From assembly GCA_029261065.1 (NCBI GenBank), contig JAJDCB010000013.1, positions 9,868 to 73,867 of the forward strand: a stretch of 64,000 nucleotides of DNA, read 5' to 3'. Within the stretch, counting starts at the first letter, position 1, and each line of letters starts with the position of its first letter. This document shows positions 1 through 8,899 of this stretch, one piece after another. The notes below the pieces were generated by a model. That model ran no database searches. It was not told the DNA's origin and saw nothing but the letters and a program-made list of their open reading frames with translations. The DNA comes from Candidatus Omnitrophota bacterium. Its GTDB lineage: Bacteria; Omnitrophota; Gorgyraeia; Zapsychrales; Zapsychraceae. A program made the translations under genes and the position numbers.

Positions 1-323
1 AACATACATAATAAATAATACAAAGATAAAAATGCCATATAGGCATGCGCAAAGGATATACCCCCCTTGACTAATATCACAATTAATAAATAAAATGGAT
101 TAAAAGAGCCAATGCGCCTTAAAAAGAATTCGTTTGGCACCCCCCCATTTCTGGTTGGATCCCATAAAGGATATATTCCTTGTGATAATTGATCTATAAA
201 ATATTTAAAATGTTCGTAATAGGGAATGGCATCTCCCACCAAAGAAAGATCACCACTTAAGAAGGCCCGAAAGGCAAAAAGCCAAAGAAGAAAAGAAGCG
301 ATAACTAGAAATGGTAAGGTCAT
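1..323 (-). CDS. Partial polytopic membrane protein; N-terminal part only, gene continues beyond the window start
   Basis: Minus-strand ORF with ATG at 321-323 (MTLPFLVIASFLLWLFAFRAF...), hydrophobic segments, no stop before coordinate 1. Shares a ...YPLWDPTRNGG... region with the 8900..10858 protein (...HTLWDVF...). Not in the ORF track because it is truncated. Confidence 0.4.
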   Translation of the reverse strand, partial: MTLPFLVIASFLLWLFAFRAFLSGDLSLVGDAIPYYEHFKYFIDQLSQGIYPLWDPTRNGGVPNEFFLRRIGSFNPFYLLIVILVKGGISFAHAYMAFLSLYYLLCM

Positions 324-350
324 GGGGCAAATTGGTTATAGAAACTCTTG

Positions 351-526
351 GGCAAGAATAATCAAGTTACAAGATACAAGTTACAAAAGATAATCAAAAA
401 CCAATCAACTATAATAACCAAACATTTGGTTATTTGTAATTGGTCATTGTTGCTTTTTTGCCCCGTCTTTTTGGGGTCCCGCTATAAGCGGGATATCTTG
501 TATCTTGTAACTTGGTTATTCTTGCC
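351..526. repeat. 176-bp MITE-like element bounded by 30-bp terminal inverted repeats (GGCAAGAATAAYCAAGTTACAAGATACAAG), with internal hairpins
   Basis: Arms at 351-380 and 497-526 are reverse complements with one mismatch. Interior has the near-palindrome AATAACCAAACATTTGGTTATT and the hairpin TCCCGCTATAAGCGGGA. The 61-aa plus ORF 348..533 lies entirely inside it. Confidence 0.45.
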
Positions 527-548
527 TGAATAATCCTTTATAATTACC

Positions 549-1160
549 CTATTTATCCGAACACTGATATCTTACTTGCTGCTGTTTATGATACGGCTCT
601 TCGATCATGGAAGGATAATAATTAACCGTCACAAGCAAACGATCAAAATAGGGAAAGCGTCGATTTAAGTAACTACAAAATCTTTTCTCTACACCCTTGC
701 TTGTGGCAGAATGTAATATCCCTCGATGAATATTGTCATAACCAATCGTGCGCGTTCGAAAGATATCATGCGGATCAATGAGCTGAGGCTGATTACCTTT
801 AACACCATAAACTTCAGGAGTGGAATACTGGTCGCCCACATTATAAAACATAATCCAACCAGCGGGTGGAAACAAAAATTTTATTTTAGGAAATTCTAAA
901 TTTTCTACTCCAATATTTTTCACAAAAGGATTTAAATAAAAATAACGAACAGACTCATAATGAAACAAAAGGCCCCAACAAATAACTAAGATTGTAATAA
1001 ACGCATTTCGAAGTTTTGTGCATTTAATGCATCCTATCGCAACAATCAACGGAACAAAGACCGTAAAAACACCTAAAGGATTAAAGCGTATGACAAACCA
1101 CGCAACAGTAGCAAGGATAATAGTGGTGAGAAAATAGATCGAAAGACGATAAAGATTCAT
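549..1160 (-). CDS. Hypothetical membrane protein (N-terminal TM helices, C-terminal soluble domain)
   Basis: ORF-track 203 aa; hydrophobic N-terminus; no family recognised; 3 nt downstream of the MEMO/AMMECR1 gene, so probably co-transcribed. Confidence 0.45.
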   Translation of the reverse strand: MNLYRLSIYFLTTIILATVAWFVIRFNPLGVFTVFVPLIVAIGCIKCTKLRNAFITILVICWGLLFHYESVRYFYLNPFVKNIGVENLEFPKIKFLFPPAGWIMFYNVGDQYSTPEVYGVKGNQPQLIDPHDIFRTRTIGYDNIHRGILHSATSKGVEKRFCSYLNRRFPYFDRLLVTVNYYPSMIEEPYHKQQQVRYQCSDK

Positions 1161-1163
1161 AAT

Positions 1164-2639
1164 TTATTCAGCCGTAATATCATGCTCAGAAAATACTTGA
1201 GCAGAAAATATTTCTATTTTGGTTTTAGGATCTTTCCAGCAATCACGCGAAAGTCCTGCTTTTTGAGAACAAAGTTCGGCTAAAAATTCATCCTTACTCC
1301 ATCCTGTCGAGTCCGCCACTTGAGGCAAAAAGACACCCGAACGTTTTCCCTGACTAATAATAACACCGTGCTTACCCAACTCAATCTCATTAACGTCTTT
1401 TATTGTGCGCGGCTTCGATAATACAGAGACCTCAACATCACAAATGGCTAACTCATCTTCACTCACCGGTTTAAAACGAGGATCACGCGAAGCGGCTGTA
1501 ACTGCCATCTCACGAACCAAATAACATAAAGGCACCCTTCCCCCAATAATATTTCCCATACACCCTCTTAATCGACCATTTTTATGAATCGTTACAAAAG
1601 CCCCCTCATCTTTAGACAGTAAACGAGAATCCGTTTCTTGTATCCTTGGAACCTCTCCCCCTTTAACGAAACTATGAAACGTTTGATTGGCGATATCCAT
1701 TAAACTTTTCTTTTGCTTCATCGTTAGCGTTACTTCTTTTGTTGATGGGCGACCCTCTTTGGGGAAAATAATTGATGTATAACCAACCACACGGCCCATC
1801 TCAGCATTAATGGCCCCTGAATTGGCATATTTTAAGATCTCACCCTCCTTAATGCCTCGTTGTTGCGCTAAAAAAAGTGCTGCGACAACAGGCGTACATC
1901 CACACATCTCCATTGTGCGCTTCTGGCATTCTTCAAAAATCACCTTAGGCTTGATATCTTTGACAGCCTCCATGCTACGTTGATCCATTTTTCGCGCAAA
2001 GGCATCATCATGATAATGAGAGAGATCCGTACTTACAACAACCAAAACATCATCGCGATTTGCGATAATTTTATTTAATTGAATCGCAAACTCTTTTAAT
2101 ACCTCTATTGAAGGCTGGCCAAAAACGACAGGAACTATTTTGGCATGAGAAAACAATTTTTGAATAAAAGGAATCTCAACCTCCAATGAATGCTCTTTTT
2201 CAAAAGCCTTTGGGTCAAAAGTAAAATCGGAATGGGACTCTATTAATTGAGCCGCAAAATCATGATCCACATGAGCAACCCCCAAAGGCGTTTTAAACCC
2301 ACCCTTCTCCCAAATAGAAACACCATTAAATCCATAAAAATGACTCGGGGCAAGAATAACAATCGTATTGTATTTATGTTTACTCACAGCCTTAAAACCG
2401 TGAGCGGCCACAGCCCCTGAATAAACATACCCCGCATGGGGAACAATCATAATATCAATAGGCTTAGATGAGATATCTGTCTGCGCTTGATGCAAAAAAA
2501 AATCAATCTGTTTGGAAAGCTCTTTGGCGTCAGCTGTATAAAACTGACCGCTGACGTTGGGTTCTTTGATTTGAGGGTTGGCATGTGCTAATTTAAAAAA
2601 CATAGCGAGAAGAATAATTGTGAAGGTCAATATTTTCAT
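1164..2639 (-). CDS. Secreted fusion protein: MEMO1-family domain (AmmeMemoRadiSam system protein B-like) plus C-terminal AMMECR1 domain
   Basis: N-terminal half has the MEMO1 signature region IMIVPHAGYVYSGAVAAHGF. C-terminal half has the AMMECR1 signature GAFVTIHKNGRLRGCMGN. The longest ORF starts with TTG at 2663; in-frame ATG at 2639 gives MKILTFTIILLAMFFKLAHA, a typical signal peptide. Confidence 0.75.
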   Translation of the reverse strand: MKILTFTIILLAMFFKLAHANPQIKEPNVSGQFYTADAKELSKQIDFFLHQAQTDISSKPIDIMIVPHAGYVYSGAVAAHGFKAVSKHKYNTIVILAPSHFYGFNGVSIWEKGGFKTPLGVAHVDHDFAAQLIESHSDFTFDPKAFEKEHSLEVEIPFIQKLFSHAKIVPVVFGQPSIEVLKEFAIQLNKIIANRDDVLVVVSTDLSHYHDDAFARKMDQRSMEAVKDIKPKVIFEECQKRTMEMCGCTPVVAALFLAQQRGIKEGEILKYANSGAINAEMGRVVGYTSIIFPKEGRPSTKEVTLTMKQKKSLMDIANQTFHSFVKGGEVPRIQETDSRLLSKDEGAFVTIHKNGRLRGCMGNIIGGRVPLCYLVREMAVTAASRDPRFKPVSEDELAICDVEVSVLSKPRTIKDVNEIELGKHGVIISQGKRSGVFLPQVADSTGWSKDEFLAELCSQKAGLSRDCWKDPKTKIEIFSAQVFSEHDITAE

Positions 2640-2680
2640 GAATAGATACAACCGCAAGAACAAAATTTTATTTCACACAG

Positions 2681-2750
2681 ATACCCGTTCTCACGGGTAT
2701 GACATGATGCCTTGTCCATCCTAGCTGTCATTCCCGCGAAAGCGGGAACC
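2681..2750. repeat. Pair of short palindromic repeat units: ACCCGTTCTCACGGGTATGACAT and GTCATTCCCGCGAAAGCGGGAA (ATTCCC-N8-GGGAAT type)
   Basis: Perfect stem-loops read directly; same family recurs at 27352-27426 and 62081-62280 in both orientations. Confidence 0.55.
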
Positions 2751-2759
2751 TTAACATCA

Positions 2760-3209
2760 TCAAACAGCCTTTTCAAAATATTTATCTACACTAAACCGTG
2801 AGGCAGGATCTAATTTAAATACCAACACTAACGTCAGCACTAATAAACACGTATCAAATGTTAAAACACCTTTAAGCGGCAAGGAGATCATTTGTCCAAA
2901 ACATCCACATTCATCAATAGGAAGTTTTCGGACAATCGCTTGAGAAACGATTATGATAAAAGATAATAACATTACGATCACACCCTTAAGGCTTAAAGAG
3001 AGCCACAATCCAACAACTAAGAATATCCCCAAAAAAAGCTCAATCCAAGGAAAGATGCGCGCAACAGCCTCTTCAAGAGGGACACTTAATACTTCATAGC
3101 TTTGGATGACGTAAAGAAAATTTTGGTAGGGACCGATTAATTTTTCATAACCGGAGACAACAAAGACGGTGCCAATGAGGACTCTTATAATGGGTAAGAT
3201 ATTGGCCAT
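2760..3209 (-). CDS. DoxX/MauE-family membrane protein with CGC motif (probable disulfide-generating partner of the adjacent DsbA-like protein)
   Basis: 149 aa, four predicted TM helices, DECGCFGQ motif typical of MauE/DoxX-like proteins; immediately downstream of a thioredoxin-fold CxxC protein. Confidence 0.55.
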   Translation of the reverse strand: MANILPIIRVLIGTVFVVSGYEKLIGPYQNFLYVIQSYEVLSVPLEEAVARIFPWIELFLGIFLVVGLWLSLSLKGVIVMLLSFIIIVSQAIVRKLPIDECGCFGQMISLPLKGVLTFDTCLLVLTLVLVFKLDPASRFSVDKYFEKAV

Positions 3210-3264
3210 GACATCTTAGGACGAAATCAATAAACATTAAACGTGTTCATTGAAATTGCCCAAA

Positions 3265-3891
3265 TTAATTTAATTTAAGAATTTTATTGATTTCTAAACT
3301 TAAGGATTTGGTGCCAACAACCATTTTTCCATTCACAAAATAAGTCGGTGTGCTTTTTACCCCCAAAGCCGTTCCTTCCATCTTATCTTGTGTAATAGAT
3401 TCATTTAGAGCGTTATCCGCTAAACATGCTTTTAGCTGTTTTGAATTTAAATTAATTTCCTTAGCCAAATGCTCAAAAGCGGGGATCGCATCGTTTAATT
3501 TCTTCCAATCGTTTTGACTGGCTAATACACGATCATGAAATCCCCAAAACTTATTTTGTTTAGCGGCACATTGAGCATAACGCGCGGAGGGCAAACCATA
3601 CTTATGCCCCCTTAACGGAAAATATTTCATCGTCAATGAGATCATGCCAGGGCGCTCTTCCATAAGCTTCTTTAGATACTTAGCCCCATTGGCACAAGCC
3701 GGACATTGAAAATCAATAAACTCCGTAATCTTAATCGGCGCATTAGCCTCACCCTTAAAACGGGCAACTTTTGGATCAATCTCCGCTACCGTCGTCGCCT
3801 CAGGCCGTTTTGTTGTCTTAACAGCAATAACAAACCCCACAATGACAAAGATGATAACGAAGGTATAAAACTGTTTTGATTTTTTAGCCAT
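3265..3891 (-). CDS. DsbA-like thiol:disulfide oxidoreductase (thioredoxin fold, CPAC active site), membrane-anchored or secreted
   Basis: N-terminal hydrophobic anchor, FQCPACANGAKY CxxC motif, DsbA-like length and layout. Confidence 0.7.
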   Translation of the reverse strand: MAKKSKQFYTFVIIFVIVGFVIAVKTTKRPEATTVAEIDPKVARFKGEANAPIKITEFIDFQCPACANGAKYLKKLMEERPGMISLTMKYFPLRGHKYGLPSARYAQCAAKQNKFWGFHDRVLASQNDWKKLNDAIPAFEHLAKEINLNSKQLKACLADNALNESITQDKMEGTALGVKSTPTYFVNGKMVVGTKSLSLEINKILKLN

Positions 3892-3897
3892 AGATTC

Positions 3898-5529
3898 CTA
3901 TATTTGTGGTCCAGCCGAAACTAAAGACTTCCCACGTTCTGTATCGGTAAACCCATTAAAATTATCAATAAACATTTGAGCTAATTTCTTTACCGTTTCA
4001 TCATACTCTTCTTTATTCTCCCAAGCATCACGGGGATTAACAGAAGATTGTAGACCTTCCAATTTATCAGGAATACTTAAATTCAACGTTGATAAATTTT
4101 CATAATTAGCCTTTTCTAATGTTCCATCTAATATCGCATCAATCGTAACACGATTGTCTTTGATAGGAATACGATGACCAACGCCATACTTTCCAGAAAC
4201 CCAACCGGTATTAATTAACCAGGCATGAGAATTATGCTCTTCCATCTTCTTTGCCAAGATTTCAGCATACATCGTAGGATGAACAAGAAGAAACGCTTTT
4301 CCAAAACACGCAGAAAATGTCGCTTGAGGTTCTTTAACACCTAGTTCTGTTCCAGCGACTTTCGCCGTATATCCGGCTAAGTAATGATACATCGCTTGTT
4401 CTTTTGTTAATTTGGCAACAGGAGGCAACACTCCAAAGGCATCACATGTTAAGAAAATAATGTGATTGGGGTGAGTTCCTTTTGAGACAGGTTTTACAAT
4501 ATTGTTAATGTGAAACAAGGGATAGGAAACACGTGTGTTTTGTGTCTTTTTGGATGAGGCAAAATCAACCCCTCCTTTATCATTTAGCTCGACATTTTCT
4601 AACAAAGCGTCCTTTTTGATCGCATCAAAAATATCTGGTTCTTTTTCATGCGTTAAATTAATACACTTGGCATAACAGCCGCCCTCAAAGTTAAAAATCC
4701 CATCATTATCCCACCCATGCTCATCGTCTCCGATTAAAGCCCGTTTTGGGTCTGTTGAAAGGGATGTCTTCCCTGTTCCTGATAATCCAAAAAACAAGGC
4801 TGTATCTCCATCTTTGCCTTGATTAGCCGAACAATGAAATGCGCCAATGCCTTTTAAAGGAAGGAAATAATTCATGATGGAGAAAATTCCTTTTTTAATT
4901 TCTCCTCCATACCATGTGCCACCAATAACCGTCATACGTTCTGTAACATTGAAAGCGCCAAAAACTTCTGAACGCATGCCATATTTTTCAAAATCCTTAC
5001 AACTCGTTTTACACGCATTAAGAATCGTCCAGTCTGGTTTAAAATTTTTCAATTCCTCATCACTTGGACGAATAAACATATTTTTAAAGAAATGCGCCAT
5101 CCACGCGATTTCTGTCACTAGACGAATCGACATGCGGGTATCTTCATTAGTGCCACAAAAACCATCCATCACATATAATTTCTTGTCAGATAATTGCTTT
5201 GCTGAGATGTCTTTTAAATGCACCCAAGCCTCTTGGCTTAACTTTTTATTATCAGATCCCGAGGCTTCTCCCGATGCCCACCAGACCGTATCTTTTGTGA
5301 TATCGTCTTCTACGATATATTTATCATTTGGCGATCGACCTGTAAATTTTCCTGTATCAATCGTAACCGCACCAAGCGCCGTTACTACTCCAAGATCAAA
5401 TCCCTCTAATGACGGATCTGTTTCTGCTTTATAGAGCTCATCATAAGAAAGATTGTAAAAAATTTCTTTCCAATCTGAGATACCCACTTCATTAAGATTT
5501 AAATTTGAGATATTTTCAACTTGAGACAT
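3898..5529 (-). CDS. pckA: Phosphoenolpyruvate carboxykinase (ATP)
   Basis: Kinase-1a/P-loop region [26 protein letters not shown] and overall ATP-PEPCK similarity. Track ORF starts with GTG at 5535; ATG at 5529 is preceded by a GGAG Shine-Dalgarno. Confidence 0.9.
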   Translation of the reverse strand: MSQVENISNLNLNEVGISDWKEIFYNLSYDELYKAETDPSLEGFDLGVVTALGAVTIDTGKFTGRSPNDKYIVEDDITKDTVWWASGEASGSDNKKLSQEAWVHLKDISAKQLSDKKLYVMDGFCGTNEDTRMSIRLVTEIAWMAHFFKNMFIRPSDEELKNFKPDWTILNACKTSCKDFEKYGMRSEVFGAFNVTERMTVIGGTWYGGEIKKGIFSIMNYFLPLKGIGAFHCSANQGKDGDTALFFGLSGTGKTSLSTDPKRALIGDDEHGWDNDGIFNFEGGCYAKCINLTHEKEPDIFDAIKKDALLENVELNDKGGVDFASSKKTQNTRVSYPLFHINNIVKPVSKGTHPNHIIFLTCDAFGVLPPVAKLTKEQAMYHYLAGYTAKVAGTELGVKEPQATFSACFGKAFLLVHPTMYAEILAKKMEEHNSHAWLINTGWVSGKYGVGHRIPIKDNRVTIDAILDGTLEKANYENLSTLNLSIPDKLEGLQSSVNPRDAWENKEEYDETVKKLAQMFIDNFNGFTDTERGKSLVSAGPQI

Positions 5530-5615
5530 AACCACTCCATTTATTTTTTATCAATTTATTAATGATAAGGAATAACACTTTAACAGTTTTATCCTCTTTT
5601 AACCTTATTTTTAGT

Positions 5616-6224
5616 TTAATCTGAAATCATAGGTAAATTACCCATATTGATATCAGCTTTTAATTTTATCTCTCCCCGTCTTTCAAAAGTGATTTCATAG
5701 ACAAAAGGCACTTCCGGAGCATATTCCACACCGTCAACAATTTCGTTTTGATAACTAGAAAAATGAGACATCTCTAATTCTTTATAACCTAGTTGTGTCA
5801 ACCCAGACTTAAACGTTCCAGCAACCAAATTACAAAAAGAGCCACAGGCATCTTCAAGGGCGACGGTGTCTTCTTCGTTATGAACAGGATATCCAATATC
5901 ATTTAAAAGATGAACGATCTGTGTTTCAGGAATATAAATAATAATAACGCCTGCTGATTTCTCTGCCTCTTGATCCGATACATTACGATAAAAATTAACC
6001 GTGGATAAATATGTGCGCTCATCAAATTTTGTAAGACCTGAAACGCGCATACGCTTTACAAATTCCGTAACCGATTTTTTTTCTAATGTGGGCTTAGAAG
6101 TTAAATGTATGTCCCCTTTACTCATTAAAATACGCTTAACAACCTCAGACAGTAACAACGCATGAATATAAAATTCATCATGTTTTTTACCTTCAATGAG
6201 CTCTTTGTGTTCTTGGAAATCCAT
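5616..6224 (-). CDS. Hypothetical protein, possibly a CheC/CheX-family CheY-P phosphatase
   Basis: 202 aa, 11 nt downstream of a CheY-like receiver gene; weak resemblance to the CheX E-x-x-N...AG motif (EDACGSFCNLVAGTF). Assignment tentative. Confidence 0.3.
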   Translation of the reverse strand: MDFQEHKELIEGKKHDEFYIHALLLSEVVKRILMSKGDIHLTSKPTLEKKSVTEFVKRMRVSGLTKFDERTYLSTVNFYRNVSDQEAEKSAGVIIIYIPETQIVHLLNDIGYPVHNEEDTVALEDACGSFCNLVAGTFKSGLTQLGYKELEMSHFSSYQNEIVDGVEYAPEVPFVYEITFERRGEIKLKADINMGNLPMISD

Positions 6225-6234
6225 ATTAAATAAA

Positions 6235-6612
6235 TTAACTTAAATAGGGCTTAATCGTCTCGATCAATTTATCTGGTTTATACGGTTTAACAACATAACC
6301 GGCTAATTTTGGATTAGCGGCGTAAGCAGTCTTTCGATTATCTTCAGATCCAGAAGCTGTGATCATAACAATAGGAATAGATGCAACTTTTGGAACCTTA
6401 ACAACACCTTTCATAAACTCAATACCATTCATTTTCGGCATTTGCCAATCCAAAAGAATAAGACAAATCTCTTCATAATTATCACTTAATGTGCTTAAAC
6501 CTTCTTCACCATCTCCGGCTTCCAAGATGTCATTGGACACCCCATTTTTTTTAAGTACATTCGTTAACAATTTACGATCCATTAATGAATCATCGATCAT
6601 GAGAATTTTCAA
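6235..6612 (-). CDS. Single-domain response regulator (CheY-like receiver)
   Basis: 125 aa; MKILMIDDS acidic pocket, conserved phospho-acceptor context LLDWQMP and a conserved Lys (VVKPYK) typical of REC domains. TTG start at 6612 favoured, because the internal ATG would leave no beta-1 strand. Confidence 0.8.
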   Translation of the reverse strand: MKILMIDDSLMDRKLLTNVLKKNGVSNDILEAGDGEEGLSTLSDNYEEICLILLDWQMPKMNGIEFMKGVVKVPKVASIPIVMITASGSEDNRKTAYAANPKLAGYVVKPYKPDKLIETIKPYLS

Positions 6613-6773
6613 TTATCTATCCGCCTATAAATATAAGTATCTGGTATATAAGATTTATCGCTAAATATGCGTCCAATTTTAACTTATTAAGCCTAAGAAA
6701 TCAAAGCTTTTTTCGCTAGAAATGCAGCTATATTTTCGTAGCCATCTTTACCGTTTTTTACTAAAAAAAAATT

Positions 6774-6980
6774 CTACGATTTAATTCCTAGAAATTTGTT
6801 GATCATTTGGAATTTCCATATCCATAACCCCGAGAGTGTAATATAGGGAATAATACCTATTTTCATAATCCATTGAAATATAACGTATTTATGTAAAGGA
6901 GAATAAATATAACACATCACAACCAAACCAAAAACGATGTGGGACCATCTTAGTATTTTTCTTATAGTTTTTTGTCTCAC
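6774..6980 (-). CDS. Small hypothetical membrane protein (68 aa, two predicted TM helices), GTG start
   Basis: Starts 4 nt after the stop of the upstream 75-aa ORF on the same strand; operon-like packing with the radical SAM gene. May not be a real gene. Confidence 0.3.
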   Translation of the reverse strand: MRQKTIRKILRWSHIVFGLVVMCYIYSPLHKYVIFQWIMKIGIIPYITLSGLWIWKFQMINKFLGIKS

Positions 6981-6983
6981 TTG

Positions 6984-7211
6984 CTAACTCGATGGTTCGA
7001 TTTGAGGCATTTTCGTAGAATTTAGCGTTTGAGAGGTTGAAGGGTCACTATCCCTATTCTTGGAATAAGAATTATTTTGAAATTTTAACATACATTTTCT
7101 GAAGATTTTAATAAGATGTAAGGCAATGGTTAAAGTACTCGCCATAAACATAACAATGACGGATCCAATAACAACACAAATTCTTACAAAAAGGAGTTTA
7201 ATAGTTTTCAT
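6984..7211 (-). CDS. Small hypothetical membrane protein (75 aa: one TM helix plus Ser/Thr-rich C-terminal tail)
   Basis: ATG immediately abuts the TAG stop of the radical SAM gene (TAGATG), indicating translational coupling; tail NNSYSKNRDSDPSTSQTLNSTK. Confidence 0.35.
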   Translation of the reverse strand: MKTIKLLFVRICVVIGSVIVMFMASTLTIALHLIKIFRKCMLKFQNNSYSKNRDSDPSTSQTLNSTKMPQIEPSS

Positions 7212-8756
7212 CTAAAAAATTCGTATATCGCTTTTATAAAACAATTCATGACGCAGATGCCGAACAAACTTCAAATCTGGCGCCTGACGATACATTTTAT
7301 ATTTTAATCGTTGTGAATAATAATAACTAACGGGTTGAGCAACACTTTGAGCCACACTACGCAGATGCTTATTGCGTAAACTACCCATAATATTGCCTAA
7401 AGCATTAGCCAAAATACTCATATATGAAATGTTTCCTAAAAATTCACGTTGACTTTTATCGTACCAAGGGCTCTTTGTGCCCGTCGTATCATAATCATCA
7501 AACACCCAATCAGCCCATTCTTCTAAGGATTGAGGTGGCTTTAAACCATTTTTAATAGCCAAATTAAAATCTGGTGTTCCAGGCATTGGCGTAAATGTAG
7601 CCATCGTCTCAAATTGAGCATCGGGATTTTCTTGCTTGATACGAAACGCCAAATCAATGGTTTGATTAATTTCTTCAAATGTTTCTGTTGGGTATCCAAT
7701 CATTAAACCAAATACAGGCCTAATACCTAAACGTTTACACCTACGATTAGCCTCTAATGTTTGCTCAACGGTAATTCCTTTTACCATCAAATCCAACACA
7801 CGTTGCGATCCAGATTCTGCTCCAAATTTTAGCGTATGCGCCCCCGCCTGCTTTAATAATTGAATATCCTTATCCGAAGCCTTCATAAATACGTCGGCAC
7901 GCGTGCCTGATGTATAAAAACTAATATCTAATCTATTATCAATGAACCCTTCGAATATAGAATTGGCACGCTTGCGATTAATATAGAACTCATCATCTCT
8001 TAACCAAATACCATCGAGATTAAATCTTTTCACATCATTGGTAACAAAATCAATCGTCTTCTCTACATTAATCGCGCGCCACTTTCTCTCTCGAATAGAC
8101 GCACTACTACAAAATGCGCAATTAAAAGGACAGCCTCGAGATGTTTGACCAATATCCATGACACGAATTTTATTGCTTAAATACATATCGCGATGAACAT
8201 ATTTTTCAACATCAATTAACTCCCACGGAGTTGGAAGAAGAGTATCAACATCAAGAAGAGGACGGGATTCCGTACGGATACATTTAGATCCGTCTTGATA
8301 CATAATTCCCTTAATCTTTCTAAGGGGCTCGTTATGATCAAAAGCGTGCACAAGTTCTAAAAATGATTCATCGCCCTCTCCAATGACAACAACATCAACA
8401 CAATCACTTTTTAATGTTTGTTCCGGTGTAACCGATGGGTGTGGCCCACCCCAAACAATAGGAACTTTTCCATTGGTAATTTCACGAACTTCCCGTGCTA
8501 AATAAATGGCATTACGAATCTGCGTGCCTGTCATCGTAGAGATACCAACACATAATGTATCATCTGATAAATATTGCGCTAAAAGTTTCTTGTTAATGGC
8601 TTCGGTTCTTTGATCAAATACTTTAACCGTGTATCCCGCTTTTAATAAGGGTGCGGCAATGGTTAATAAACTATGCGGTGGGGCAACAGTGGATCCAAAA
8701 TCTAAACCTGTTTTTGGATATAATAGAAGTACGGCAGGTTTCGCCTCAGCTATCAT
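7212..8756 (-). CDS. B12-binding-domain radical SAM protein (class B cobalamin-dependent rSAM)
   Basis: N-terminal B12-binding Rossmann-like region, then the radical SAM cluster motif [10 protein letters not shown]; 514 aa; AAGGA Shine-Dalgarno 9 nt upstream of the ATG. Confidence 0.85.
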   Translation of the reverse strand: MIAEAKPAVLLLYPKTGLDFGSTVAPPHSLLTIAAPLLKAGYTVKVFDQRTEAINKKLLAQYLSDDTLCVGISTMTGTQIRNAIYLAREVREITNGKVPIVWGGPHPSVTPEQTLKSDCVDVVVIGEGDESFLELVHAFDHNEPLRKIKGIMYQDGSKCIRTESRPLLDVDTLLPTPWELIDVEKYVHRDMYLSNKIRVMDIGQTSRGCPFNCAFCSSASIRERKWRAINVEKTIDFVTNDVKRFNLDGIWLRDDEFYINRKRANSIFEGFIDNRLDISFYTSGTRADVFMKASDKDIQLLKQAGAHTLKFGAESGSQRVLDLMVKGITVEQTLEANRRCKRLGIRPVFGLMIGYPTETFEEINQTIDLAFRIKQENPDAQFETMATFTPMPGTPDFNLAIKNGLKPPQSLEEWADWVFDDYDTTGTKSPWYDKSQREFLGNISYMSILANALGNIMGSLRNKHLRSVAQSVAQPVSYYYSQRLKYKMYRQAPDLKFVRHLRHELFYKSDIRIF

Positions 8757-8899
8757 AAAATCATCCTTTAGTAAGTACGTAACAAATACATATTTTGAAG
8801 GAAAACGTCAATCTTAGAATTATATGTTATGAGACAATGCCTAGCTTGTCAATAACATTCCAGACTGTTTTGCTTAAGAATCGTGACACATCTCCCGCC

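Noticed and set aside
348-533. Plus-strand 61-aa ORF from the track
   Set aside because: Lies entirely within the 176-bp inverted-repeat element; hydrophobic/low-complexity translation is a by-product of the repeat rather than a gene.
4874-5434. Plus-strand 186-aa ORF antisense to pckA
   Set aside because: Fully embedded antisense in a confidently identified conserved gene; no start context, typical shadow ORF. The same reasoning applies to the other plus-strand track ORFs (e.g. 8629..8817, 11900..12163, 18729..18932, 24487..24747, 30734..30976, 42687..42935, 48033..48473, 52527..52754, 57220..57456, 59111..59536).
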